A stretch of 63,748 bases of DNA, the filler included, from Bigelowiella natans CCMP2755 (Eukaryota; Protista; Cercozoa): assembly GCA_000320545.1 (NCBI GenBank). It is 5 parts of 5 records of this genome, joined end to end, with 100 filler letters (N's around TTAATTAATTAA, not from the genome) between each part and the next. Parts side by side here need not be neighbours in the genome. Positions count along the whole stretch, not along the records: positions 35,884 to 48,620 come from ADNK01001285.1; positions 48,721 to 62,527 come from ADNK01001730.1; 3 more parts are not named here. One strand, 5' to 3'. Within the stretch, counting starts at the first letter, position 1. Each line of letters opens with the position of its first letter. The translations under genes and the position numbers were made by a program. Under the pieces are notes generated by a model that saw nothing but the letters and a program-made list of their open reading frames with translations, ran no database searches and was not told the DNA's origin. Of this stretch, positions 40,564 to 54,149 are shown piece by piece.

Positions 40564-41840
40564 GAAAATATATGTAGTTGTATGCGATGTGTGCGCTTCA
40601 ACGGAAGATGCAGGCGCTAGTAAGCGCACCGTCAGGCTGCAGGGACACACGGTCCGGGTTGAGGCCTACCCAAATTATACATAGCATTCAAGAAGGCAAA
40701 CAGGGGGGGGGGGAGGGAAGTCTTGGTACGAATATCGAAATGACGTGTTTGCCTTTCCTCTTAGGTGCTGCTGCTGCTGCTGATGATGATGATGATGATA
40801 ATGATGATGGTGGTGGTGGTGATGACGACGATGAAGAGGGAGCGTAAGCAATGAGATCTGAAGCAACAAAATCCTGCTTCTTGATCATCACCGCAGCTCG
40901 GATCGATGGTAACATCCCAATACCCATCCGCACCGCTTACTGATGACCCCCCCCCCCGAGCGAAGTGTTGATCGCTTCGATTGGGGGTGGGTGTTCTTTC
41001 TTTTTTATCAAACTTCTTTCGTAACTTTTGTGGTTCACTATCCAATGAATTTTGAAGCCCACGGTGCCAGGAAGGGAGATCATCATCATCATCGTAATCT
41101 TATTATTATTATTATTATTATTATTCTGCATTCATCGTCGTCGTTATCATGCCATCACATAGTCTGTTACAGTGTATTGTGAGCCTCTTCTTAGCTGCGG
41201 TTTCGAGCACTTCCTTGAGCTCTCCGCTCAGCTTGCCCTGCAGTTGGGAGAAGGGGGAGGGGAGGGGGGGGATATCATGCGCATTACTCCTTTGCTTCGA
41301 CCAATGGCAGTCAGTGAGGTGCGTGTTGTGTGTGTGTGTATGTGCGTTTAAGCGCAATCATCTTTAAAATCTGATCAGGTTTATGGGTATTTTCTTCGCG
41401 TCTCTCCATGGATAGAATACATATCACCGCGCCCCTGCCAGCAGCAGCGGTCGTACCGTGCGGGCAAAATCAGAGGTGATGAGGCGCTTCTTCTCCGTCC
41501 CCTTCGCGATGACATGCATGCCCTTGAGAAGGATCCAATCAGCCTGTGAGGCGTCCGCAACGAATTCCAGGCCTTTTGTTTGACCGTGGTGTGCCAGATT
41601 GGAAAGAAGAGGAAGAAAAAGAATAATAACATAATAGTATAAGGTTATCACCCTCCGTCAATTGTAATAAGAGAAGAGATCTCAGCCCGCCCCCCCCCCT
41701 TAATCATGTTCCCTGCCCTTCACCTAGGCCCTCGGGATAGCGATCATTCTCTCTGTCCTTCTCCGAATATATTCTTCCTACGGATTTTGATGCGCCAAAA
41801 TAGGAGGGAAGAACGTTGTCCATTCTGACCATATGAGAGG

Positions 41841-41884
<44 letters not shown>

Positions 41885-42384
41885 AGATAGAAGGGGGGGG
41901 GGGGGGGGGGGTTTACCCAGCCAAAGACATCTACGGGCTAATTTCCCCTTAGAAACGTCATCTTTGATCCGGTGCCAGGCATGCTCTCCTGCTGTCATCA
42001 CGCCAGCAAATTTGTCGGCGGGGAAACCAAGTTCCTTCAGCATCTTGAACGCCGAAGCGCTCCGCCGCGTGGTGTTTGATAAGATTACAATGGACTTTTT
42101 GCCTTCGAGGAGCTTGCAGACGGTTTCCACTGCGCCCGGTAGCGCTTTCTTACCGTCGTGGATCACGCCAAATTGGTCCTAGGAAAGGAGAGGGAGAGAG
42201 GGAGAGTGAGAGAAGAGAGAAGGGAGAGAAAAGAGCGGGTGGAAAAGCTGCCGCGGAGCGAGTCAAAAACACCACACACGCAGTGACCGCTATAAGTGGT
42301 CAGGCGACACTGTGTTTCCCCTCTCACCAGTATGAAACCACGATATTGAGCAAGCTCGCCGACTCCCCCGCACATCTTCGCCAT
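38819..42384 (-). CDS. HAD-superfamily subfamily IIA hydrolase
   Basis: YRGFIL|DQFGVIHDGKKALPGA (motif I), ILSNTTRR (motif II), VMTAGE, LYGKP (motif III), VLMIG, TDILG|ASNSGVKSLLVASGIH (motif IV), C-terminal PDYVILDFKW*. Confidence 0.88.
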
Positions 42385-42530
42385 TGTGCCTGGGGCCTCG
42401 GGTAGATCTGTCGGAATCAGGAGACGCTACCAGCGCGAGCTGGATGGCTCCGTCATCCTGTGACATAAAAGGATCCTTGTCGCAGGAGAAAAACCTACGA
42501 ATATATCCTGATTTTATCCGACGAGAAAAT

Positions 42531-42678
42531 GGATGTCGCGAGGAAGAAACGACATTCATATTTTCCAAAGGTTGCTGCTCCCCGTAGATCCGTAGATACT
42601 CGAACCTCTTGGGCGGCCGTGAAGACGCATGTCGCAGGGAAGAAAAGACATCCACATTTCCCAAAAATTGCTGCTCCT
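42531..42678. repeat. Degenerate about 50-bp repeat, about 97-bp spacing, upstream of the HAD gene
   Basis: atgtcgcgaggaagaaacgacattcatattttccaaaggttgctgctcc versus atgtcgcagggaagaaaagacatccacatttcccaaaaattgctgctcc. Confidence 0.75.
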
Positions 42679-43399
42679 CAAACATCCTCAGCGTGTGGCG
42701 GGCTTGCCAATGTTTTCCGGATGCATTCATGTCTAACTGTGGACCGTGAGAAATAGCTACTCCAACTGGACAATGAACAATGAACAATGAACAAAGCGTT
42801 GATCAAAAACTACATGCGCCAGAACCACATGGGAGACAGGCATTTGCACGCAGCGACCAAGACTACAATCGCACAACCAAAAGTTTCCGTTTTCTCATCA
42901 CCAAATGAGGCAATTTCCCACGAAAGCCCGCCCATTTTTACCATGCGACCTGCTCCAGACAGTGGCTGCCGATGTTGTGTCCTCATTTTGCGTCTCGCGT
43001 AAGATCCGGATGCTTGTCGCAGGCTCGAATTGGCGAAGATTTTTTTAATTTTTGATGGCATTTGGGCTAAGAGAAGTTGTTCGTAGGGGGGTATGGCGTG
43101 CTCGTAGAAAATCAATGTTTTCTCTTTAGTCTCCGATCGGTAAAGAAAGGCGTACCCCCCCCCCTTTTTTGTTCCCTTCCCCCTAGCCTTGGTTAAGTAT
43201 ATTCTTCCAATTTTTTTAACTCCTAGGGGCGTCCCTTTCACCATATTTCGCGGGGGGCGCGTCACCTATCATGGCAACGGAAGCTTCGCCGTTGCGCGAG
43301 GGCTCGAGAGGCACGTTATATTCGACCAGTCATGTGGAGATGAGGGAGGGGGGCGACCCTTTGCGAAATTCTCCATCTTCATTTTCCCTCATTTCCAAC

Positions 43400-43579
43400 A
43401 TGCTAGCAACACCAAGAATGGGGGGAAGGGTATCTTGTAGTGGAAGGCATAATGCTTCATGGATCTTTCTGTTCGTCGCCCTCGGAGCTGCGCTTATGAT
43501 CTTCGTCCCCATGGTCAGAACTCTATTTGTATTCGGCCGCATAGCTAAACCATCAATACAACAATGTTTCCTTTCTGAA

Positions 43580-43627
<48 letters not shown>

Positions 43628-44761
43628 GCCAATATGCATGATGCGTAATTTCCACCTAGCTTTCCTCTTGCAGTCGTCGGGTCAAAGAAAGGAAATTCTC
43701 CTTTCTCCCTTTAATTTCTTCATCACACATGTGGTAGGCCCGAACTTCGCTCACCTCGTTGGCGCCAGCAGAACCCCTCTCCGACTCGTTCAGCGGTCAG
43801 GTGTCCCTCCTCACAGAACAGCGTCTGAGCAATTCCACGCGAGGCAAAAATGCCAGCGCAGCTCAAGCCACCACATCGAAAGCCAGCAACAACTACGGCC
43901 AGGATTTGCAGCTGCGACAAATGGCGCAGGTCGATGACGAATATAGCCAGGAACGGGCGTCCAATGACAACGACGCTGCCGCAGCTCAACAAGAGGCAGG
44001 ATACTACGCATCACCGACCTCCCGCACCAGTGGTAGCAGCAGCAGTAGCAGCTCTGGATCAGCGTACAATGCACAGCAGCGAGGGAGCACGTCGTCCTCC
44101 TCCTCAACGGGTACTAACAGGAAAAACAGCAGTGGTGGTGGGGGCAGAATGTCATCAGCTTCGTCGCCTTCCTACTCAGGAGGACCTGCCTCCTCCTCCT
44201 CCTCCCTCCAGACCCCACAGCAGCAGTCATCATCGTCATCTTATCCTGCAGGAGGCGGAGCTGGCAGCACTTACACCACTCCCCAGGAAGAGCAAGGATA
44301 TGGAGGTGGGGAGGAAGCCTCGGGAGAGGCCGGCGGCTATTCTCAGCCAGCCCAAACCTCAACGAGGGGGGGGGACGAGGAATCGTCATCGTCATCATCA
44401 TCGTCATCATCTTCATCCTCCTCCTCTTCCTCCTCCTCCTCTGCGACAACACCACCTTCACCGGCGCCGAGCGCGGGAGCTGCGGCTGCGAGCAGCAGTA
44501 GCAATCGTTATGTGTGCGCGAAGTGTAAAGTCGACCCATTCTTCTGTGCCTCTGGCAGCTTCCAGTAATAACAATGATAATACGTGTTCTTCGATCAATT
44601 CGCTATCTCCTCCATAGCTACGTTCATGTAGCCCTCCCATCGCCATCGTGCATTGTTGTCGTTGTGGTGGTTATTGTTGTCGTTGTGGTTGTTATTGTTG
44701 TCGTGGGTGCTGAACTTTTGTGTGTTTTCCTGCGTGTTAGAATGTGCGTGTGTGAATGTGC

Positions 44762-44799
<38 letters not shown>

Positions 44800-44960
44800 G
44801 TGTGTTGCCATTCCCTTAATTTCCCCCCTTATATAGGTTCGCCAGCTGCAGTTGCGGCGGCATGGGTTATGATGCATGCGCAAAGGTCTGCACGGCGCAG
44901 CACCCCAACTGCGCCGTTTCAGAGGGAAAGTGCTCGCAGGAGGGCTGTCACAAAGCATAG
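43400..44960 (+). CDS. Secreted or membrane-anchored Ser/Gly-rich protein with C-terminal 10-Cys domain
   Basis: Hydrophobic N-terminal exon (WIFLFVALGAALMIFVP), long Ser-rich exon (ORF 43759..44568), and an in-phase splice to the last exon FASCSCGGMGYDACAKVC...CHKA*. Confidence 0.7.
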
Positions 44961-45143
44961 AAGATACGTGGGAGCTGTGGCGTGGAAGACTATTGTGCGG
45001 GGAAGGTCACGTAGACTATCGTGCTTCCCAGCCCTTATCGATTTCATCCCATGAGCAATGACGCCTCTCTCTGATTCAGCAGCACAGGGCAATTAGCTAC
45101 AATATCTAAATATCCAGAATAAGTATAGGCATTCTCTATTCTG

Positions 45144-45181
<38 letters not shown>

Positions 45182-46363
45182 CGCAGTAGTTGCTGCTCCA
45201 CAACTACGCGAACAAGGCTGTTAGTATACATGTACGCAGCGAAGATTACACACCGCCTTTTGTCGCGGGCATTGCAAAGTAGATATTTTCCATTGTGGGA
45301 ACACAACACTATTTACACAACTTATTGCTTACTCGCACGCGAGCGTGATCGGAGAGCAACGCATGGTGGGTGTAATTGTAGCTGCTGTTACTACTAATAA
45401 TAGACACAGCAATACAATACACTATATATATTATGTATATTGTGTATTGCATGTCTATCATACTAGCAAGATAACAACGTGCGCAAGCTAGCTGCCGCGA
45501 TGTGCAATGCTTATTTTGTTTGTGTGCTTGCTCATTTTTAGGCTGCTGGCGAACCCTGCTGCCTGCATGCTAGCTAGCTAGCTAGCTAGCCTGAATACTA
45601 TAGACAAAGTACATATAATATGTATGATATATACGTATATCTATTGTCATATGATATATACGTATGTCTATTGTGAATTAGCCATGCTAGCATGGTGTGA
45701 AGCGTGCGCACATGTAGCATCGGTGCTCGCGGGCTAGCGGGGTGTGCTTTGTGGTTTAAGTGCACACGATCAATCAAGGCATGCGCAATGAAGGTGCATG
45801 CATGTGCATGCATACCGGCTATGTAGCATAGCCGCGCTAGGCGCGGCCAGCAGCAAATGCACACGCTGTGCAGCACGCTGGCTTGCTAGCTTGGTACGTC
45901 GATAATCGCCATGGCGATGATATCGACATACCAAGCTAGTAACACACATGAGCTCAAGCAACTTGCACAGATGTCAGAAATCCCAGCTAGCCAGAATTGT
46001 TCTAACCTAGCGACGATCGAGTGCTAGAGTGTTCCGCCGTGACGACATGAAAATCCATGATGAGCTAGCTGTGTAATCCCAGTGTTCTTGTGGACGCATA
46101 TTGAACGGGCAAAATGTGACACTTGCACACACCCAGACATCATAGCAGCTGATCGCATCGCACAGAGTGTGTTTGCATGCTAGCATGTCTGCACGTCTAG
46201 ATGTGCGTGCTCTCAACGGCCACATGCACGTACGCACGTCATCATCACTTATTTTCGATTCGCGCATATGCACATAACTAGCACACATAACCGAGTGACT
46301 GCATGATGCACTAACAACAACGACAACAATAGCCGACCAGCATTCCACACCAGCCTTTATTTA

Positions 46364-46807
46364 TCAATGCGCAGCTGCGGCCTCCGCTCGAAGGACGTCC
46401 GAAAAGCCGAGCGTCAGGATGCTCCTCACCGCGGTCTTTTCGCACAAGCTCGTGCATTCGTCGAACGCGAGCACCTTCCACTTCCGATTGGGGTAGGTGT
46501 CGTGGAGCTGGCAGAGCGTGTGCCACGTGTTCCGAATCTGCAAAACGCCTTCTTCTCCATACTTGTTCAGCGCGTTGATGATGCTGTCCTGGCCGATGTA
46601 GTGGCTCTGGATGGGGAATAACGCGCGGCTGCTGCTGCTGTTGTTGACCGTGCCTCCTTGCCCCCCCCTAGGGCTCGCGACGATCTCTCCGCTCTGGGGG
46701 TCCACTATCTTCGTCCCATTCATTCTGAAGAACAGCGATGATTCCGACAAGAAAAACAGGGATTGAGGAGAGACGGAAGACAAAGTACAGCAACACCATA
46801 ACACGAT

Positions 46808-46842
<35 letters not shown>

Positions 46843-47415
46843 CACGCAGCGCCTCATGCAAGGGAGGTGCTTCTCCCACACGGTGAAAACAAAAAGGTGA
46901 AGGGGGGGGTGAGGGGGGGAACGGTATGCGCAATACGAACGTGCTTATTGTACACCCGCCACAACACTGGAAGCAAACAGTGATATATCCTATAAGCACA
47001 GAAGAGGCGCCTCCCCTGCGCTCGGGGGGGTTAGGAAACAACGGAAAATCCGATTTTCACCGTCGTCGGCGCACACGATCTCTGTACTACATCATGCTTT
47101 ATCTATGGACAACAATATCACATACATATACATATCATCTTTGATTACATGGAGAAGATGTCCTGGATATCATTGAATTTCTTCGGCGTGGCATTACCCC
47201 ATACCCAATGGTAGAACACTGCTGTTCGCAGCGAGCTGATGCCATGAAGCTCCACCCCCATATCCTTAATGTACTTCGGGGTGAGCACCTGCGAGGGGAG
47301 GGGGGAGGAGGAAGGAGGGGGGAAGAGTAGATGGCGGAAACTCATCAAAGCCAGAAGGGGGGGGGGGGCTCGAGACGACACTTGGATTAGGCACTCGCGC
47401 CCCATGCATATTTGT

Positions 47416-47454
<39 letters not shown>

Positions 47455-47710
47455 TAGTTTATATGTATGTGCGTTTTCGTTTTTTCCTTCTCACTCGATT
47501 GCCTGCGTAGTTGCTCATCGCCCACACTATCATTGTTGGGTTGGCCTGTTTCACGAAGCCTAAACTCTTGAGCTGCGTGGCCATACGCGCTCCCCAGACG
47601 TAAACGACGATGATGCAGCGATGAAGGCCCTATGCACATTGATGTTGGATAATATCTATGCGATGAAGGCCCTATACACATTGATGTTGCATATTATCTA
47701 TGTGTACATA

Positions 47711-47752
<42 letters not shown>

Positions 47753-47759
47753 TTATAGA

Positions 47760-47797
<38 letters not shown>

Positions 47798-48075
47798 TGT
47801 GATCTAAAGATGAGGCCAACGCGAGCGGAGCGCGCGCGATACCTTACACTCAGTCTCCATCTCCTTTGCTGCTATTCCTTCGGGCGACTTTCCGTCATCA
47901 CCGACGAAGATGTACCTGTTGTAGCAGCGAGAATGCATTTATCTGTCCTTTGCGTTTCTCTCTCAAATCTCAATCTCATTGGCGTCGTTGCTGATCGATC
48001 ATCACATCACAGAAGGACGATGGATGGACACTGATGACGAATGGGCGAGCGGTGTGCGTGCACACACGACGCCTA

Positions 48076-48133
<58 letters not shown>

Positions 48134-48146
48134 GAGACCGATATAC

Positions 48147-48188
<42 letters not shown>

Positions 48189-48333
48189 CTGGGAGCTTCT
48201 CAAATTAAGCTGTGTTTGTCGTAGTTAGCGCTCGCATCTAACGCACACGCACGCACGTGTAACATATACCACATATATAATATTATATTTCCTGTAAGAG
48301 AAAGGAAAAAATAATCGTTGTTTAGTGCCCGTT

Positions 48334-48379
<46 letters not shown>

Positions 48380-48509
48380 GACGTGTTGCTCGAAGAGGCG
48401 CACGCACGCACCCACTCACTTTGGGCTATCTCGGGGAGTGCCCTCCTTGCCCCCCCCCACCCTATAGTGCGGGATGTTTCCTAAAACAACAAGAAGAAGA
48501 CAGAAAGAA

Positions 48510-48563
<54 letters not shown>

Positions 48564-48620
48564 GGGGAGGGGGGGGCAGAGGTCAGAGACTGTGGATAAG
48601 CTCCTCATGAAGAAGATCGA
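46364..48620 (-). CDS. Unidentified multi-exon protein, 3' part (5' end lost in gap); weakly glycosyltransferase-like
   Basis: Coding-like exons YIFVGDDGKSPEG, VLTPKYIKDMGVELHG...VFYHWVWG, and the terminal exon of ORF 46364..47041. No family could be recognised firmly. Confidence 0.5.
47618..47701. repeat. 42-bp tandem duplication
   Basis: gcgatgaaggccctat(g/a)cacattgatgttg..ta.tatctat occurs twice. Confidence 0.9.
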
Positions 48621-48720
48621 NNNNNNNNNNNNNNNNNNNNNNNNNNNNNNNNNNNNNNNNNNNNTTAATTAATTAANNNNNNNNNNNNNNNNNNNNNNNN
48701 NNNNNNNNNNNNNNNNNNNN
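48621..48720. other. Assembly gap linker
   Basis: Same structure. Confidence 0.98.
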
Positions 48721-48790
48721 TTTTTTTTTTTTTCCCTTTCCCGGCAACGAAATGCATATATTTCCAAGAATAGGGGAGGAATGGTGCATA

Positions 48791-50371
48791 CCGATCGAGT
48801 ACGTGAGGTAGCCAGCTGCTATAAGGCCTAGGTGAGTCGCTCCTTTGATCACGCGTATAACGATGTTCGATACGGGGTATTCAGCATCACTTCCTCCGCC
48901 TGATGACGCTTCTTCTTCTTTCTACGCACAGGAACAGGGGAGAGGGGGGGGGGGGGTGATGTGTCAGAGAATGGTATACGAGATTAGGGAAAGGAAATCC
49001 GTTTTATGCGAAAGCAAGGGCCTCCGCTACGAGGGGTGGGTGGGTGCAGATGTAACAATGAGTCACGCTAGCAGCCTTACTTTGCGGCGCTGGTGATTTA
49101 CTTTGTCCGTGTGGTCATATATCTCAGAGGCTGCAGATATCGTTGCGAGCTCTTTCGCTAGCACGGAGTTGAGCCCCTTATAGTACCTGGGGCATACACC
49201 ATCAAGCAGCATATCTTCAGTCATCAACAAAGGGATCGCATGGCTGATCTTGGTGATCGCTAATAGTTCTCAAATCACAAGGTGTTAAGAGGCGGAGATA
49301 GGTGTTTGCTATAACGGGAGAACGTTATTTTGTAATACCAGCGGTATACAATGACTACTAACACCACTACCACTACTGCTGCTGCTGCTGCTACAGCGAT
49401 TATCAAAATTGCGAAGAACTTTATATCTTAGATAGCATGCTACTACTACTACCCGTAGGATAACACGCCTAATCCAAGGAATTGCACTAAATGATATCAT
49501 CGATATGTTACACAGAGTAGAAACAAATAGTCAAGAAGATACATACTACAACACACAGGGCTCTCGCGATAATTATGACACTACACCAAAAGCTTGAAAG
49601 CTTGACCGCAACAGCGCAATACCCAGAAAAACTATCATCGATGGACTATCATCGATGGAACTGCAATGCATACGACTTGACCACAAAAGATGGACGGCAG
49701 AGAAGCAACATAACTACTGCTTTCGCTAGTTAAAACTTCGGTTTCATAGTTTGTGTTATAACAGCAAGCAACGGTAATGAGTAGCCCCGACGTGCTTATT
49801 CATCCAAAGACATTAGATGAATCACATACCAAATCGACGGCGAAGATGCCCCCTCCCTGCTCTTGCTAGCTGGATCACTCTTGATCCTGGTACTGGGTTC
49901 AAGTTTCCGTCTCGTGTTAGCTCTCCGATTGTCTTCCCGTAAATTTTACTTTTCTACAGAGGGAAGGGATGGATAAAATCGTTACTTGCGGGGTGGGGAG
50001 GGAAAGACGCGAGGCAAACATTTTTCGATACGAGAATGTGAAGAGTGTGATGAAATTCTCCCCTCCCCCCACCCCAACTCCAACAAATGCCGCAATCGGA
50101 CGACAGAGTTATGACCTTGAAGTGCCCGAGGTTATCCTTGAATGATGCCTTGGGGCTCATCATAAACTTTTTTGGTAGCCTCATTTCAAACAACCCCCCT
50201 CCGCTGCTCACTGGGAGCCAGACTGAATGCTCTGATGGTCAATTCCAGACTTAACTTTCCTTTGGCGCAGGATATAAATATAGTGAAATAAACCGTTTTT
50301 AAAAATGCGACAATGATTTTTCTATTTATTTTTAAGAGTAGGAGGGTATCTTTCTTCTCCTCCTCGTGCAT
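48791..50371 (-). CDS. Unidentified multi-exon protein, 5' part (runs into gap)
   Basis: Candidate exons with GT-AG ends: MHEEEKKDTLLL, GNLNPVPGSRVIQLARAGRGIFAVDL, YPVSNIVIRVIKGATHLGLIAAGYLTYSI. The model is incomplete. Confidence 0.4.
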
Positions 50372-50645
50372 ATAATACGCGATTCAGTATTGTGAAGAGT
50401 AATGGTCAATATTTTATGCCATGAATATCAAAAAAGGTATTCAAGTAAGGTTCTCTCCGTGCAACATCAACAACAACAAGTGTGTAGTTTCTGCCATACG
50501 ATTCCACTGCACAGATATTTCTAGTTATATTATTTTCCTAATTCCGTTAAATAAAAAGCACACCAGTCTTCAGATATTTCTTGGGTACAAATTTGTCTAG
50601 AAATCGTTTTCTCCAATCCAAGAGAAGTCGTAGACCTAGGAGAGA

Positions 50646-51358
50646 ATGTCTCGTACCCCCCTCGGCCAATCAGGCCTTGCCCTTCATTTCCTCCTCCTCT
50701 CCCTCACCCATATTGGCCAGGCCCAGTCTACACCTGCACACACGTTGTTTTCGAGCAGCGTAAAGAAGGGATCAGCGGCAGCAGCCTCCCTTTGCCTTCG
50801 ATTTGGGTAGCCGAGAATAAATACCATCAGAGTTGTTAGTTGGGGGGAGAGGAGGGAGGGCTGCGTTTGGGAATCTGTTTTTTTCCTCTGACGTCTATGA
50901 TAACGGTTGGCCACTTCTATTGAAGGTATTGTGGAAGAGGCGGCCAAAGACAGGCTCCTTGCATCGTAAGGAGCAGCAATGGTGGGAGAGGTCAAGACTC
51001 AGGTTATCGACTAATTCTATGCTATTTGGCTGAATGGCAAGATAGTAAATTAAAGCACAAATCCAATATCTGCCTTGATCTCAATCGTAGATGGTTGAGG
51101 TATTATGTTACCTGAAACATGCACATGAACCTTTTTGCTGGGGAACCACTCAGTTGTGTCGTTATTGTTTACACCGACGAAGAAGAAGGCTCTCAATTGA
51201 GCTGTCTATTGATGGAATATGGATTGCATTAACCACAACCCACAGCTACCGTACGCCTACGACCGATTTACCAGTTTTCTGGCGCTCTATCTGAAGTACC
51301 TCTAATTTAGAATGCGTGTGTTGCGGATACACATTCATACATATGTGAAACATGAAAG

Positions 51359-51392
<34 letters not shown>

Positions 51393-51412
51393 AAAGGAAG
51401 CACATTGCAGTG

Positions 51413-51456
<44 letters not shown>

Positions 51457-51762
51457 GTTGCGTCGCGAATATCTCGCTGGCAACGTGTTGATGATGTGAT
51501 CATGGGCGGGCAGTCTGAGAGTCAGTTACAGCTGGTATATATAGCCCCGCACTTGGCACCATCATCAAATCCATTTTTTTGCTAACATTTAGTTCATGTC
51601 GTGTGTCGCTTCTTCCGTTACAGGGAGAGGCCAACTCAGAGACTGGAGATGTCGAATACGCGTCATTCCGAGGCATTTGTAGGGTGGAGGGAGGAGGGTA
51701 AGTTTCCTCGTGATAAATCGTGCCTAGAATGTTGATCATATTACACACACACACACACACAC

Positions 51763-51812
<50 letters not shown>

Positions 51813-52862
51813 ACAATAGCACAGCTACAATACTAGAAAGCTTGAGACTCAATCAATACTAATATTATTAGATTTTGCGGAGCAAGGACCAACGCCTTTG
51901 CCACCAGCTTGGATTTAAGGTGTATTGCGTGTGACGTGAGCGTGCTGCATAGTGTATTTATAATACTGTATATTGAAGAAGGGAACATGTTACAAATGAT
52001 TGTTTTAGCAAAATTTGCATCAATATGTTATCCTGTAAAATCGATAATGATATTAAGTATCACTAAGAAAGAGAAGTGTAGGAGCCAAGAGTCTTGCATC
52101 ATTGTCAAATCCCTCTTGCTACCGAGAATGCAATTCATTTTATCATAACAACAACTCGAAACTGACCGAGTAGATTATATGCTTGAGAAGACTCGTCTCT
52201 GCATTCACACATTGTGAGTAAAAATGCGTGCTAATTGGCAGCAATTTCACCGGCATCTACCTCGTTGCACGCTGCGACGGTAAGCTAGCAGCCCATCTTC
52301 TTCCACGCCTCTGCATGATACATATGCTTGACGTGATAGCATCCAGAGTAGAATGATCAATAGTGTAGCATGATATGTACAAACTCTCCCGCTCAAAGGT
52401 CGGTTTCTAATTTTTAACTCGATCTTGAAATAAGGCCCGAGGCGATTCAAATTCAATATCCGAACAAAGGAAAAGGCGGGGGAGACGCTTTACCAGGTCG
52501 CATTAGTACATAAGACATTGGTACATTTAAGGAAGAACATATCCTCCTCCTTGCACTTTTAAGAGTATCTGCATTAATGGCACGGAAGTAAAACAATGAA
52601 AAAAGTAATATTTGAGCATGCATTGCCAAAAAACAATGGGTGGTCTAACCTGCACTTCCATAGTTTTTTTTCTTGTTTTTTCTCAAGAAGACGATCTAGG
52701 CTTATTTCAGTGATGCATATTGTAAAATCACACATTCATACCCTACATCTTCCCTCGAAGCATTGCTTTCTAGTACGTAAAATACTGCGCATATGCGAAA
52801 ATCAAACGGGTTTTTGCGCTATTCTTTGAAACGTAAAATGCTTATAATACCTAAGTAATATA

Positions 52863-52905
<43 letters not shown>

Positions 52906-53683
52906 TCTTTCGAAACAGACGTCATTTGATCCTGCTGATGGGACGAATGGAGAACATGGGTTCTCTCGCGTATTCCTCCCATTCTTAGCTTTCCGGCAAG
53001 TTAAGCGAAGCACGCCTATCCCCGGAGCGCCGCCCCTCCCCACTAATACAGTCTACCAGATGGGCCTTGTCTATTCCCGCTTTCAAGGAGGTCATAGCAT
53101 TCAAATCCGAAGATGTTTCTACTCAGACATGATGAAGTTTTGGGACCGATTGATTAGTGTGCCTTCTAGCCATTTTAGCATCATGATTACTCAGCTGTTG
53201 TATGCGTGCTGCTATGTTCTAATGACTTTCATTAAGGATGTGTTTTGCGATGGTAGCTCATAGTTGTCTACAAAACATCGAAGAACACTATTCTTTTTTC
53301 AGGGTTTTTCTCTTTATTTTGCATGTTTCTCGATCTAGCGATCATCGTCACTGTTGGTACTCCGTTGTTTAAATCATATCTTCTTGCAAGGCGAGGACGA
53401 CTACAACCCGAAGTTTTCCGCTGGGGATTTTGCCTTGGACATTCAGGAGATAGGCGTGTATGTAGAAAAGCGCTTTAATAAAAATAGCAGTAGTAAAATT
53501 ACTTCCCCATTTCAGATCTGCCAGCTAGTAGATAGCTCATATATGACAATGTGCATAGGTACCGCGAAGAGAAGCAACATGCTTCGTGGAGTGCCGATAA
53601 TAATCATGAGAAAAGCAGCTCGGCTGATGTGCGGTTCAAAGTGGAAGGGTTTGTTCCTATTCCCAAAGATGCTAAAAAGCAGG
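50646..53683 (+). CDS. CIA30/NDUFAF1-domain protein with N-terminal signal-like peptide
   Basis: WQRVDDVIMGGQSES, ASFRGICRVEGGG|FCGART, RFKFNIRT, SRVFLPFLAF, QMGLVYSRF, GDFALDIQEIGVY. N-terminus LALHFLLLSLTHIGQAQS. The 3' end is uncertain (up to about 54057). Confidence 0.85.
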
Positions 53684-54149
53684 TGTTTTGTGCGTGTTTG
53701 CGTCTACTTTTGCACATGTCGTTTGTGCATCGGTCTCGTGGGGTAGGTTGCACGATGATCTCGGTGGCAAGTGCTTGTTTTTTGTGTTTGCTCGATGCCA
53801 TCGACGCCATGCGCCAGTGGTGTTTCTCTGGGTAGAGCGAAGGTTTTTAGGTTGCTCGTATCATGCCGTTAAGCCGTAGCACAGCAGTATTCGTTGTTAA
53901 CAGACGATACCGGGACCTCCAAGGTGGGTACGATTGCTTCGAAGACTCACGGGAAAGCGAAGGAGAGGAAAGTGAGAATGATTATTTGCTCTTAAATGCA
54001 TACTCGTTGATAGATGTTTCGTCGTGGTTCCTTTTCCGGGCTGCGTGGCCCTCTATAGCAGTAGAAGCACATCGCTTCAGTTTGCACTACTATATGAATC
54101 TCGCACATCATTTCTCACATGATGAACCTAGGGATCGATCACCAACTTG

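Noticed and set aside
38082-47701. 35-bp and 42-bp repeats as CRISPR arrays
   Set aside because: Each has only two copies, there are no cas genes, and the context is eukaryotic.
48791-50371. Assignment of this gene as an alpha/beta-hydrolase
   Set aside because: GIFAVDL and KGATH are suggestive, but no convincing nucleophile elbow or complete exon chain was found.
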